Source of the DNA: Dirinaria sp. TL-2023a
Lineage: Eukaryota
Direction of reading: 5' to 3'
DNA length: 60,725 bases
NCBI GenBank assembly: GCA_051941275.1
Contig: JAVEBF010000008.1
Span: 1-60,725, forward strand
The notes under the pieces are model-generated. The model worked only from the letters and a program-made list of their open reading frames with translations. It was not told where the DNA came from and made no database searches. This document shows, piece by piece, positions 41,846 through 52,391 of the stretch. Numbering within the stretch: position 1 is the first letter of the stretch; every line of letters begins with the position of its first letter. The translations under genes were made by a program, and so were the position numbers.

Positions 41846-42549
41846 ACAAGCAATGCAATAAAGATTGGAAACATTGAAGAGAGCGACTCGGACAAGTTGA
41901 CAGGCCTTAAGAGGAACACCCAGCAGAGAATGAAGCGAAGTCTAGCAGCTGAGGCACAGGACCGAGAGGAGAGAGAGCGTGAGGTCGCAAAGTTTGAGGC
42001 TAGACTGAGCTTTCCCTGAGAAGGTCCATTGAATCCTATGGTGTTCCTTGATCCCTACTGATACCGGTAGCAGCTGCATATGAACATCTGAGTAACCTGA
42101 AGAGGGTATGGTACGCATTACATCAAAGTATGATTGGTAATGCCTAGGCGGCCACCTGTATGGTCAGGAGCACCAGGCTTCGAAACGCAGAATCAAGTAA
42201 TCTAGAAGCTTGGGTACGTTCCTTATGGGAGCTCTTCGGATCGTCTACTGACTTAAGCCAGAAGCTTTCCGTAGCTCGACCATTCAATGAAATCTCTATT
42301 CCACAAGGATTGAGATGCACGGGCGGACCTTGAAACGGACCGTAAGACATAGACTGAGCATCCTTTTACATAGTGGAGTCTCGCTACGGGTATTACAGCT
42401 ATAGAATGTTGAAAAGGTGGTATCAACAGGAAAAAAATCGATACGCTTCAATGACGCCATGCTCCGAAAGCCATGAGAATATGCGTATACTTATACACAT
42501 CCCAGCGTCCCGTAGACTCCTTTCTCCCGCTATTGAAATTCCAAGCCCG

Positions 42550-44124
42550 CTACCTTTTCAGGGCAATCTCCCCTTGCAAACACCCCAGCACCTTCTCGCC
42601 CACCATGCCTTGATTGACGAGATACTTCGCCAACCCCTTCACTACCTCGACCTGCTCATCCACCGTCAACCCTTGGATCGCCATCTCAATCACGCCACCG
42701 ACACTCTGCTTGTACACGGCGATGAAGCTCTGATAGTACATGAACGCGAAGAAGCCCATGATGAATTGGCAATCCATCCTGTCGGTAATACCGCCGTGCC
42801 CGGGGATCGATTCTCCGAAGTCCTTGACTTTGAAGGTGCGTTTCAGGCCTGAAGCGAAGAAGCCGCCGAAGGGAGCGATCAGGGAGGCGAAGGTCGCGAA
42901 GACGAGGATGTGGAATTGCATGGGCGCGATGTGCACCGTGTGCGGGTAGAGGTTGTAGAGGAAGGAGGGGAGGTGGTAGGGTTGCGCTTTGAAGACGGGG
43001 TTTGGGTCGCAGTTTAGGCCCGTGAAGATGTTGGCCCCAAGGTCCTGAATTGGGAATGTTAGCTACAATGCTGTTGAATCAGTAACGGGAAAACAAGCGC
43101 GCCACATACAGTAACAGGGCAAGTGAAATACTTATATCGCATAAGTATATTCGTCATGCCGAAGCCAAAAATGATAGTCAAGATCCAGGCTCCGACGAAA
43201 CCTTCGACGGTCTTCTTGGGCGAAAGTTTGATCAACTGAGTCCGCCCGAACGTGATTCCGCACACATAGGCGAAGATGTCGTTGGTTATGACGAGCGCTG
43301 CTGGGAGGAAGAACCAGATCATGCCTTCGAATATATTGTTCATTATGAAGTGTGCTTGGACGACGATCAGGTAAAGGGCCATGTGGGTCCAGGCGAATTG
43401 TGTGAATTGGAAGCGGTAATGGCCTTTTTGCAGGGAGCCTACGAAGAAGACGAAGCCTATATGATTATTATGGTAAGTTACGACTGGTTCTTGATATGTT
43501 ATCCATTTCTGTATCGGAGCACCTACCAATAACATACAATGTGAAGCTAATGAAACGATGGTGTGTAGCGAATGGTAACAAGACTCTATCCACCAGAACT
43601 ATGTGTTTGAAGTAGTAGATGACGCTCTCGCCGTAAAGGAAGTACATGGTCGTCCCAAGAAAGTACCAATTGAGTGACCTGGTGAAAGGCAGATTCTTTG
43701 CCCGGCTCGGTATATGTGCAATGGCTATAACTTCCTTGAAAGATACGATCTGGATGGCCGTAACAATGCCGATTATGTATATGTGCCCCGCGAACAGTGC
43801 GACGAAGAATCCCGCGATCATGACGAAAGTCCATATCGTTCGTGTTATAAATGTCTGCTTTTTCTTTTCATACTCTGATTGAGGTGGAGGGTCATCCTGC
43901 GCGATCCGCCGAATATCAGATTTCCAACTCATCCCACGGCACCACTGAATAGTTGAACCTACCTCTTCTTTAATGGCCTCTGCCTTGCCATCCATACTTT
44001 GCCTTAAAGGGCTGCCCGGATCGGACATGGCATCGCTCAACTCTGCGAGACTGGGCCTCGAGCCGTTTTGGTCCGTGCTTCCCCTGTGGTTGAACTTGAT
44101 ACCTTTTCTGGACCTGGCCATCAT
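42550..44124 (-). CDS. CDS1: Phosphatidate cytidylyltransferase (CDP-DAG synthase), 4 exons
   Basis: NDIFAYVCGITFGRTQLIKLSPKKTVEGF and signature SGLKRTFKVKDFGESIPGHGGITDRMD. Confidence 0.96.
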
Positions 44125-44681
44125 TGCCTCTTTCTCTTGAGATATATTTGCGCAGAGACACAACAATATCTAGAAGCTCTCCAAGATTTTTCTCCGGTCT
44201 CTCAAGGATCGCGAATTCGGGCCCTATCTTCCTCGTCTAGTAACGCAGGTACTGGCAGCGGTGGGGTCAGTGAGAGGGTTGCCTATCGCGGTATGCCGGA
44301 GATGGACAGTAGTCAGATTTGCTGGGCCGAGTTGCTGGGGCAAGTCCGTCGGCGATGTGGTGTCAGTGACTCTGCACGCCGAAGCTGAAGCGGAGACAGG
44401 CTGCTGCAGAGCGTCATATGAAAGTCTTGGCAGCTGTTGGACTGCAAAAATTACCTTAAGTAGCTCTGCTGGCTCAGGGTCCTCTTGACGCTAGATTGGA
44501 CGTCCCGATCCCGTTTGGCTCCGGCGGCTAATACGGTAACTGATTAGGCGTGGGACGGTGGGAGTACGGGGGACGACCTGATGCCCAGGCCTAACTACAC
44601 CATACCCGAGGTCAATGCCCATTGACCCATTCAGCATTGGCAAAATCGTGCATCATTCCATGAAGGTTTACATGGAAGGCA

Positions 44682-47123
44682 ATGGACGGAATCGAAGAAG
44701 ACGACGGGTATTCCGATGATGACCTTGACGCCTTACAACTCCACGATTTTCAGGAGCTTCAGCAGGATGCAATTCGATCCACACAACAACCTCGTCCACC
44801 CAGGCAGATCCAATCACCTTATGCGACTCGTGGCACCAATCTCAAAGATCGATTGGGAGGCTTAGAGCAAATATCAGTCCATGGCAATGGCGGCGCTGCC
44901 AGCTTTTCGCATCAACCTTCTTCGGACTACGGAGACTTTGACGATGAGATGCTTGACGGGCAGATATTTGATGCTGGAGAAGAACCGACTATCCTTCCTG
45001 ATACCCACCATACACTCAAGCCCATCGGCGAGAGTACACAAAGGGAGCAATGGAGACAACAGCGCTATGGTGCTGTACTGCCGGATACTGAACACCAGAA
45101 GCAATCGCCCTTTGCGATCCGGCGCGAAGGTCCTTCCAGACCTGAGAAACATGGAACACCGGGGCCAACTTCGTCACCCTTGAATCAGCGAACCTGGAGT
45201 GCGACGAAGCCAATCGGAAAGTCTTCAGAGGCGGAGGCTCTTCAGGCAAAGATCGACGAGGTTCGGTTTCGTCCATCGTGTTTGATTTTATATTGCTGAC
45301 TGCTTGTCAAGTTGCTCCGTACGAACGAAAAGTTGAAGCAAGAGGCTGACAATGCCAGAAGTGAAGCTCTGTCGAAAATTGGTGAGATCGCCATCGTTAG
45401 AGCCAACCGCGTCAAGGAGAAGCAGGAGGAAGAGAAGAGGCTATGGACTGAGCGGAAAGCTCGAACCGAAGAACAGACAAAACATAATGCGGAGCTTCAA
45501 CGCTATAAGTCAGAGCTCCAAAAGGTCTCAACGGATAAGGCTTTCATCGAGAATGATCTTGTTCGCGAAGCCGAACAGCGTAAGGGCATCCAAAAGTCTA
45601 GCAAGGCGGTCGGAAAGTCGAAGACTGTCGAGAAAGAGAATGCTGTGACGACTCCTAGAAAGAACAAAGACCTCCGCTATGGCGATGGCTTCAATGATGA
45701 TGAGGCACAGGTCCCCTCGCCATCTAAATTACCTCTTCGGTCAAAGCCTGCTACTCCGAAAGCTGGTGTCAAAAGGAAGCGGAAGGCCCTGGACAATAGC
45801 CCTGTCAAGCCATTACAGCTCGGTTCAACGGCTAAAGACCAATCCACTAAGCCGACGAAGGACAAACCTGACTTGCCGCCATCTCAAAATGCACAGCAGC
45901 AGCATGATGATGAGTTTGCGCAACCCGAGAGCTCACTGAAAATTCAGCACGATGAAAGATTCAAGATTACTCATCAAGTCTTGGACCATCGGATAAAACC
46001 TGACGAAAAACGATCGTTTGAAGCTCTAGCTGATTTCTCTCTGCCTTCTGATTCCGAGAAGAGGCTTTCCGGTGTACTCTTGGACGGCCTATCACCACTG
46101 AATACCGCTCATAAGGTTGACAAGTTTGCAGCGACAATTGCGCTGACCGCAATCTCTCTGTGGTCGGAGTGCCTAGATGCAGCAATGTATCGCGCCGTTG
46201 AGCTACTAATGGACTTGGTCTGGTTTGTCCTTGTTATTGCCCCCCCAGGCACTGCACCTCACCTAACTGACGAGCTGACTGTTCTCGCGCAACGTACTGC
46301 CGATCTCAACCTCATTCCACGGATTCGTAGGAAACCACCTTCAAAATATACAGCTGCCATTGGAACGAAGCAGTGTCTTGAGATTCTGCACCTCATGGCT
46401 TATGATTGTCTTGCGCAGAAAGAAGACCTAGAACGCTTCTGGCGCTGCATGCGAGTTGACTTCATAGCCATGGCACTGAAGATCGATCAACCGATTGAAG
46501 AGATCCATGTTGCGCTTGATGTGTTGGGGACCAGTGTGCTGGACAAGACCTTCGCAATGATTCGTTCAGCCGCAGATGGCGATCAAGAAAACTCAGAGCA
46601 AGGCCTGATCCAGATCATTTCAAGCTTGTTTGTCGAAACGCCCAGAGTACCAATAGGTCGCAAACCGTACGATCCAATCGAGATCGCACAGCTTCGACTG
46701 GAGGCGTTATCGCTCTTCGAGAAGATGTGCCAAACCGAGCATGGTGGCGAAGCCTTAGCGAAATGCGTCAATGTCTTCGTGCGACTGATACGGTTTATGA
46801 ACGACGAGATCAACTCCTTGTACGATTACAAACCCGCGCACGAGTACAGCATCGAGCTCATCAATCAATCCATGCGGCTCCTGTACCATATTACAACCAC
46901 CTACCCAGATCTCATCAACATCCAGGAGAGGCTTGCAACGACCCCTGGCGGAGCTCATAAATACCTCATTGTACTTACGCGTCTGAACTTCAGCGATGGT
47001 ATCTTCTACGAGCGGGGGATTGAAGATGACGTCGTTGAATGCGCGCAGCATTTATTGGAAAACTGGGTCACTCCCGAAGAGGGCGAGGCATTGGTTGAAG
47101 CATTCTCAAGTGCAAAGAAATAG
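44682..47123 (+). CDS. uvsD: Checkpoint protein Rad26/UvsD (ATRIP-like); intron 45261-45311
   Basis: Acidic N-terminus (YSDDDLDAL; SSDYGDFD), coiled coil with GEIAIVR, YGDGFNDDE, and a helical C-terminus ending LLENWVTPEEGEALVEAF. Confidence 0.85.
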
Positions 47124-47888
47124 ATATGATTTGGAGACATTACAGCGTTGGAAGGGGGTTGCCATGTCGTTTTCTTGTGCGCGCTGCACTTATATATCGG
47201 TCTATTCAGAATCTTTAAGTCCAGCATCTCCGTCTTACCACATTTTATCTCCTCCTTGCTTTTCAAGGAGTCTTTTAACGAGACTTTTAATTCTCTCTTT
47301 ATCTTTCCTACTCATCGGACCGATTTATCCTTTTCCTACCCGCTCTCGTCCGATCTTCCCCAACGCTCTTACTACCTACTCTCCTCACTTCTTGATTATA
47401 GCTACCTTTCCATAGCGGTGGTGTTCTGTAATTTCTTAGTCCTATATATCCTTCGCTTGATCGGTCCTATGCTTCAGCAGGATGATAGTGTGAAGCATAT
47501 CAGCAAATTCATGACAAGGATTGTATCAAGGAAATCAATAAACTCGCCGACGGTTTGAGGCATCATTGTCAAATAGGCACAATCATTGATGCTGTGACAG
47601 TAAAGAATAAAGAGGAGAGTAAAGAGGAATTATGGATAAGAGATAAGAAAATATAAAGTAGTGCTGATGGTACGAGCATACCTTACCTTTTTGGGGGCTA
47701 GGGCAACGGTTATCTGCATTTACGACGAATCATTATCGTGAATTTGTTTCTCCCTGGATTCTTTACTTATGTTGACCAACAGCCGGGCGGTGAGGCATAC
47801 TTGCGAGACGGGGAGAGCCCAGTCCGAGGGTCTTTGCTGGTAGACATCGTATGCCTAGTATACACCAGTGAACGTTGCTGCAAAAGAT

Positions 47889-48596
47889 TCAATATGGACT
47901 AGTGGCGACTATATAGCTCACTTGACGCGGATCGACCGGCTGCCCGTTGTTACTGCCTTTCGGGAGCTCCTTGACGTTCATACTCGCCGCATTCCACTTG
48001 CCGCTATCCGGGTTGATTCGCGGGATACAACTCCGATACATCTGGCCCCATATACCTTGTAGATCATCCTCACATAGCTGTCGGCTCGGGACGGGAGCGA
48101 CTCCCCTCGCGGCGCTGGGATAGAAATAGCCCAGCGAGCACCCTTCTCCGCCTGCGCTGCTCCACACCCACGTGTCCGCGGCGACGGTGGCGTTGGCCGA
48201 GCCGAGCAGTTTGCCACATATGTCCTTGAGGGTGTCGATGCAGTTATCCTGCACCCAGGTCGGGCTTTTGGGTTTCGCGCGGCACATGATCTCGTCCGCT
48301 TGCGGCGTGTTGTAGTCCTTCGTCAATTTCTGGTATTTCCACATCGCGCCTACTGGTGGCCCGCTTTGTGCAAGGGCAGCTGCTGAGGCAGAGGCGGCGG
48401 CGATTGAGGCGGTCCATCGCGCTATTTCGGAGCCTACGAACGCGGATTGCGCGGGGTCCAGGGCCTGGTCATAGGTTGGTAAATCGGAGTCTTGAGGTGC
48501 GCGAGCGCGGAGAGTGGCTGCTGTCGTTGTTGGAGGGAGTTTTGGCGTAGCGGAGACAGAGAGGATGGGAAGGAGAAGGAGAAGAACTCGGTACAT
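47889..48596 (-). CDS. Secreted Cys-containing protein of unknown function (about 235 aa, intronless)
   Basis: Signal peptide MYRVLLLLLPILSVSA, T/A-rich pro-region and six Cys in the C-terminal domain. GC3-rich codon usage. Confidence 0.8.
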   Translation of the reverse strand: MYRVLLLLLPILSVSATPKLPPTTTAATLRARAPQDSDLPTYDQALDPAQSAFVGSEIARWTASIAAASASAAALAQSGPPVGAMWKYQKLTKDYNTPQADEIMCRAKPKSPTWVQDNCIDTLKDICGKLLGSANATVAADTWVWSSAGGEGCSLGYFYPSAARGVAPVPSRQLCEDDLQGIWGQMYRSCIPRINPDSGKWNAASMNVKELPKGSNNGQPVDPRQVSYIVATSPY

Positions 48597-49148
48597 AATC
48601 GCTGAATTCGTTCGGTGAGAGAAAATACTGTGGTTGGAGAAAAGAGAGGAAGGCGAAAACACCATGTCCCAAAGATGACTTAAGGAGAATAATTCCAAGA
48701 TACTTATCCTGCATCAACACGGCACGCAAAAAAGGTATTTGCGCAGTCAAGAGAAATAGTCGTCGGGTGAGTGTACGGCAAATCGCATCAGATGCATCCG
48801 ACATCTACGCGGCTCGAAAGTCGCGCCGTGTTTTTACTGTTAGCAGTCTGTTGTCTGCTGCTTAGCATGCTCAAACGGGCATCCTTCGATCAAAAGCTGT
48901 AAGATACAATGGTGATAGTCCGAACTTCGGGTTTTGGATTTATGTTGACGGTGCCTCAAACGTCTTTAATGCGTATACATGTCAAAAAGATACAACATGC
49001 CAGCTAGATACTGCTTTAGATGACTGAGTCTCATCGTGATAAGTTGGGAACTAGCGCTGGGCGAGCTCATAGTACTTTGTCAGCCATGAGAGCAAAAATA
49101 GTCAAGGTAGGTTGAAAATCAGGTACCGACCATAGTGTACTACTCGTA

Positions 49149-49289
49149 CTCGTATTCACTTAGACACTTACTTTGTTGCCAAGGTTAGGGTTATCACCCA
49201 TCAAAATTTTTCCAACCCTACCTTAATTAGGGTTATGTGGTTCTTGGCGGAGTAACCCTGACCCTGGCAACAAAATAGGTGAATACGAG
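49149..49289. mobile_element. MITE-like non-autonomous element, 141 bp, TA target-site duplication
   Basis: TA|CTCGTATTCAC...GTGAATACGAG|TA. Inner arms TTTGTTGCCAAGGTTAGGGTTA (49172-49193) and TAACCCTGACCCTGGCAACAAA (49253-49274) are complementary with 2 mismatches. Confidence 0.75.
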
Positions 49290-49977
49290 TACTCATACAG
49301 GACGAATCTCTATCCGACAAAGTAAAAGAGTCATCGTCTTGTTCGCTACTGCATACATTGGTAGCGTAGGCATGTCTTTGTGGAATACAGACAATGCTCT
49401 GATAAGCATTTTTTTAGTCCTGATGTTGGGTTGACCGCAGCCTTTGCAGTGACTCCTGTAGTTTTGCAGCGAACAAGAAGTTTTCCATTGATAGCAGCTT
49501 GTCAGAAAGCCAGCAGCTGCGATTATAGAGCACGTGTTTCGCAAGAGACTGTTCTATTCAACTTCTGATTTTCAGAACGGCTGATGAACGTCTGCTTGAT
49601 GTTTGGGCAGTCGCTTAAACCTTTTACTGTCCAGCACACTCACTAGCTATTGTCGTTAATGCTAAGTACGATGCAGTCACACTTGTTTCATCGCTTGGAA
49701 CGCCAAAATGCTACGGCTTTCAAGGGTTGAATCTCGTTTTTATCTCAAACCCTCACTATTTGTGTATTCATCACAAAGGTTTGCGCTGGTGGTTTTGTGC
49801 CAACAAAATCTGGCGTTGCCACAGGTCATCGTCAGTACGACACTACGCAAACACCTCTGAGTAGCATATAAACAATCTAGTCAAACAATGATTTCAGAAG
49901 CTCATCAATTTCACACGCACTAAATCTGATCGCATCTATCCTGGACTCATCAATCGACTCCTCCAACTAGATCAAAC

Positions 49978-50343
49978 ATGGCTTCCGAGGATCACGATCG
50001 CCCCTTTTTCGCCAAGAAAGCAGCTCACTTCCTTCTCGGTCGAGACGACATGCAATATTTAGACCTTAAAGCTTACATGAGTGGTACTTTCCCAATCTTG
50101 GTAGATACTGGCACAGATGTTTTGCCCATCATCGTCGCCTTGGACGAGAGCTACACCGACTTCCGCGAAGCGGTTGAGGCTTCATTCAATCTGAAGTCTC
50201 TACCAAAGGTCTACGTGCTTTGGGGAAACGAGTTCAATGCACAAGAAGTGAATGAAAATTCCTTTGCGGCGGTTCTGCGCGCTTTACAGCAAAATTCGCC
50301 TTGTAAGAGCAGGTTTCAGCTTTTCGCGCCACGACTGGACTAG
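49978..50343 (+). CDS. Small orphan protein (121 aa)
   Basis: Good start context (AAACATGG), TATA-like CATATAAA about 110 bp upstream, and a globular-looking sequence. Confidence 0.6.
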   Translation: MASEDHDRPFFAKKAAHFLLGRDDMQYLDLKAYMSGTFPILVDTGTDVLPIIVALDESYTDFREAVEASFNLKSLPKVYVLWGNEFNAQEVNENSFAAVLRALQQNSPCKSRFQLFAPRLD

Positions 50344-51647
50344 TTTGCATTGCAGGTCCATATCGTGCAAGAAATTTTTTTCTATATTCTTGAACAAACA
50401 TTTGCTGGATTCCGTCGCTTTGGCTAAGAGCTACAGAAGACGACGCAGCCTTGGTGGCAACATGTTTCATACGATGATTCATCAAAACCGTACTAGTACT
50501 GAATGTACACTGTTCTAATGATTGATTTTCCATTCAGCTCATAGTCCCACAAAAAATGGTCTTATCAGGTTGCTGAGCTTTGACCTGAAATTTTTTTTGG
50601 ACTGGCTATTATATGGTTGTCTGCCTCCACAGCAATAGCTTGTTTTGTTCGTCGTAAGTTCGTCCGCAGCTGCTTTTTGGATGCGTCCATCTGTTGACCC
50701 GTGCGCTGGCGAGCATGGGTTCTCGTTCTTGGCCGGTACCTACTTGTTTCTCCCCTCGTTCATAATATTAACACGAATTTGATGAATTCTTTATGTGATC
50801 ATGGTTCTTACTTAAAGACAAGTCCATCGTTATCTCGTTCATACGTCTTATTGTATTCCCCTGAATACTAATTTAGATGATAACCCTCGGAAAAGAGCAC
50901 ACACCTGGGCATGGGATCCTATCCAATTAAGAGATTTGTATGACTCGTTGAAGGATTTGAAGTAGAACTCTGCATTCTCTTAAACGGTTTCAGAGGATGC
51001 AATTGAAAAAGATCGCGCCTTCGCGGACATGGTAAGCAGTCAACGATATCACGAACGACTTGACTTGTTGAACGAGAATATAGTATCCACAGCATACTTT
51101 GAGAAAACATTTTATATACATTACCTCGATAATCAGCTGTTGAGGCACGATGCACATGTACGGATTCTGATATCTCCACTTGCAGTAGCGACGAGTGGAG
51201 GCGAATGGGTACCAGACCTTCCAAGTCCTCTCTAGCTGCTAGTAATCAGCTTCTTTTCGAGTAATATACAAAAATTAAGTCATCGAAGGAAGGGAGGTGT
51301 CAACGGTGTGCTCGTGCTTCGGCCACACTTTTCGCTTGCCAAAGATGCAAATACATACGTCGCGCTCTAGCTGGACCAATATCGTTGTATTCATCATCTC
51401 ATTCTGTACCAAGTACGCTTGCCATGAATTTTCCCTTGCAAAAAAAAAAGTGCTACTCTCTCCTGATGTCCCTGAATAAAAAGACGATTCCTCCCATTCC
51501 TCGCCCGTGGGACATTAACAGCCCTTTTCCCCTTCCGATACCTTCTGGTCTTACTTATCATCCCTAGCTCCTGCCAGGAACCATAACAATCGATATCGAC
51601 CAACCAACCTCTCAACATCCAACTCTAAAACCTATCCTTTAAAAGCG

Positions 51648-52007
51648 TCATTCTCTCTCTACAGCACCCCTATCCTCGCCTTTCTCATCTGTGTCCAGCA
51701 TCTCCGACTTCGACTTCTCAACTGCACTGGGCAACCTATCTCTTATAGCCTGAGCCAAGCGAGCCTCCAGCGGCGGTCGATAACGCATAGGAGGCTCCCC
51801 AGGACGAGGTACGGTCACCCATTCTGGTTCGCTTTCCTGTTGCGAAGCGTTGACGGGCTGGACGTGCTCCAATGTTCCAGGGAGCGGGGATTGATGGGAT
51901 TGGTTAGTCTTTGCGTCTTTTAATTGCGATGAGGGGGGTTTGGCTGCTGGCTTTGAAGGGGGGTTTGGAGAGGTTTTGAAGAGTTTTGGGGTATCAGATT
52001 GTGGCAT
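51648..52007 (-). CDS. Small P/S/K-rich orphan protein (119 aa)
   Basis: ATG in an ACCATCAAT context after a CA-rich leader, opening the ORF MPQSDTPK...AVERE*. Confidence 0.55.
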   Translation of the reverse strand: MPQSDTPKLFKTSPNPPSKPAAKPPSSQLKDAKTNQSHQSPLPGTLEHVQPVNASQQESEPEWVTVPRPGEPPMRYRPPLEARLAQAIRDRLPSAVEKSKSEMLDTDEKGEDRGAVERE

Positions 52008-52391
52008 ATTGATGGTGCTGATGTTATAAGGGTAAGGGATGGGGGATGTGCTGGTTTGGGGGTTTTGGTTGAGTTTAAATACCGCGTACAGGCTTTTGAG
52101 GTTTGCTGAGAGGGTGTGTTTGTACTCGTGGCACGAGATATACAAATCGAGTGCGGAAATGCTCTGACCTTGATAGCAAGCGTATTTAGATCCTTTTTTC
52201 TTTCTTTTTTTTTTCTTCCTTTTTTTGGGAGCCTGCTGCATTTCGATTTTGGAGAAAGGAATCAACGATTAGATTGGAAAGGCGACGCCTGATATTATAT
52301 CCTGACAAACATTATCTCAATTCTCGTGATACCAGGAAGGAAAACTCCCAACAACCTTCCATCCAATACTATCCCGGACCTCTCCTTACCA

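Noticed and set aside
47190..47660. Pyrimidine-rich block followed by a purine-rich block as a possible foldback
   Set aside because: Only low-complexity complementarity, with no extended exact inverted match.
49185..49235. TAACCCTAA on the minus strand as a telomerase RNA template
   Set aside because: The motifs sit symmetrically inside a TA-flanked inverted-repeat element. A kb-scale RNA would run into the secreted-protein gene, and I recognise no pseudoknot or CR4/5.
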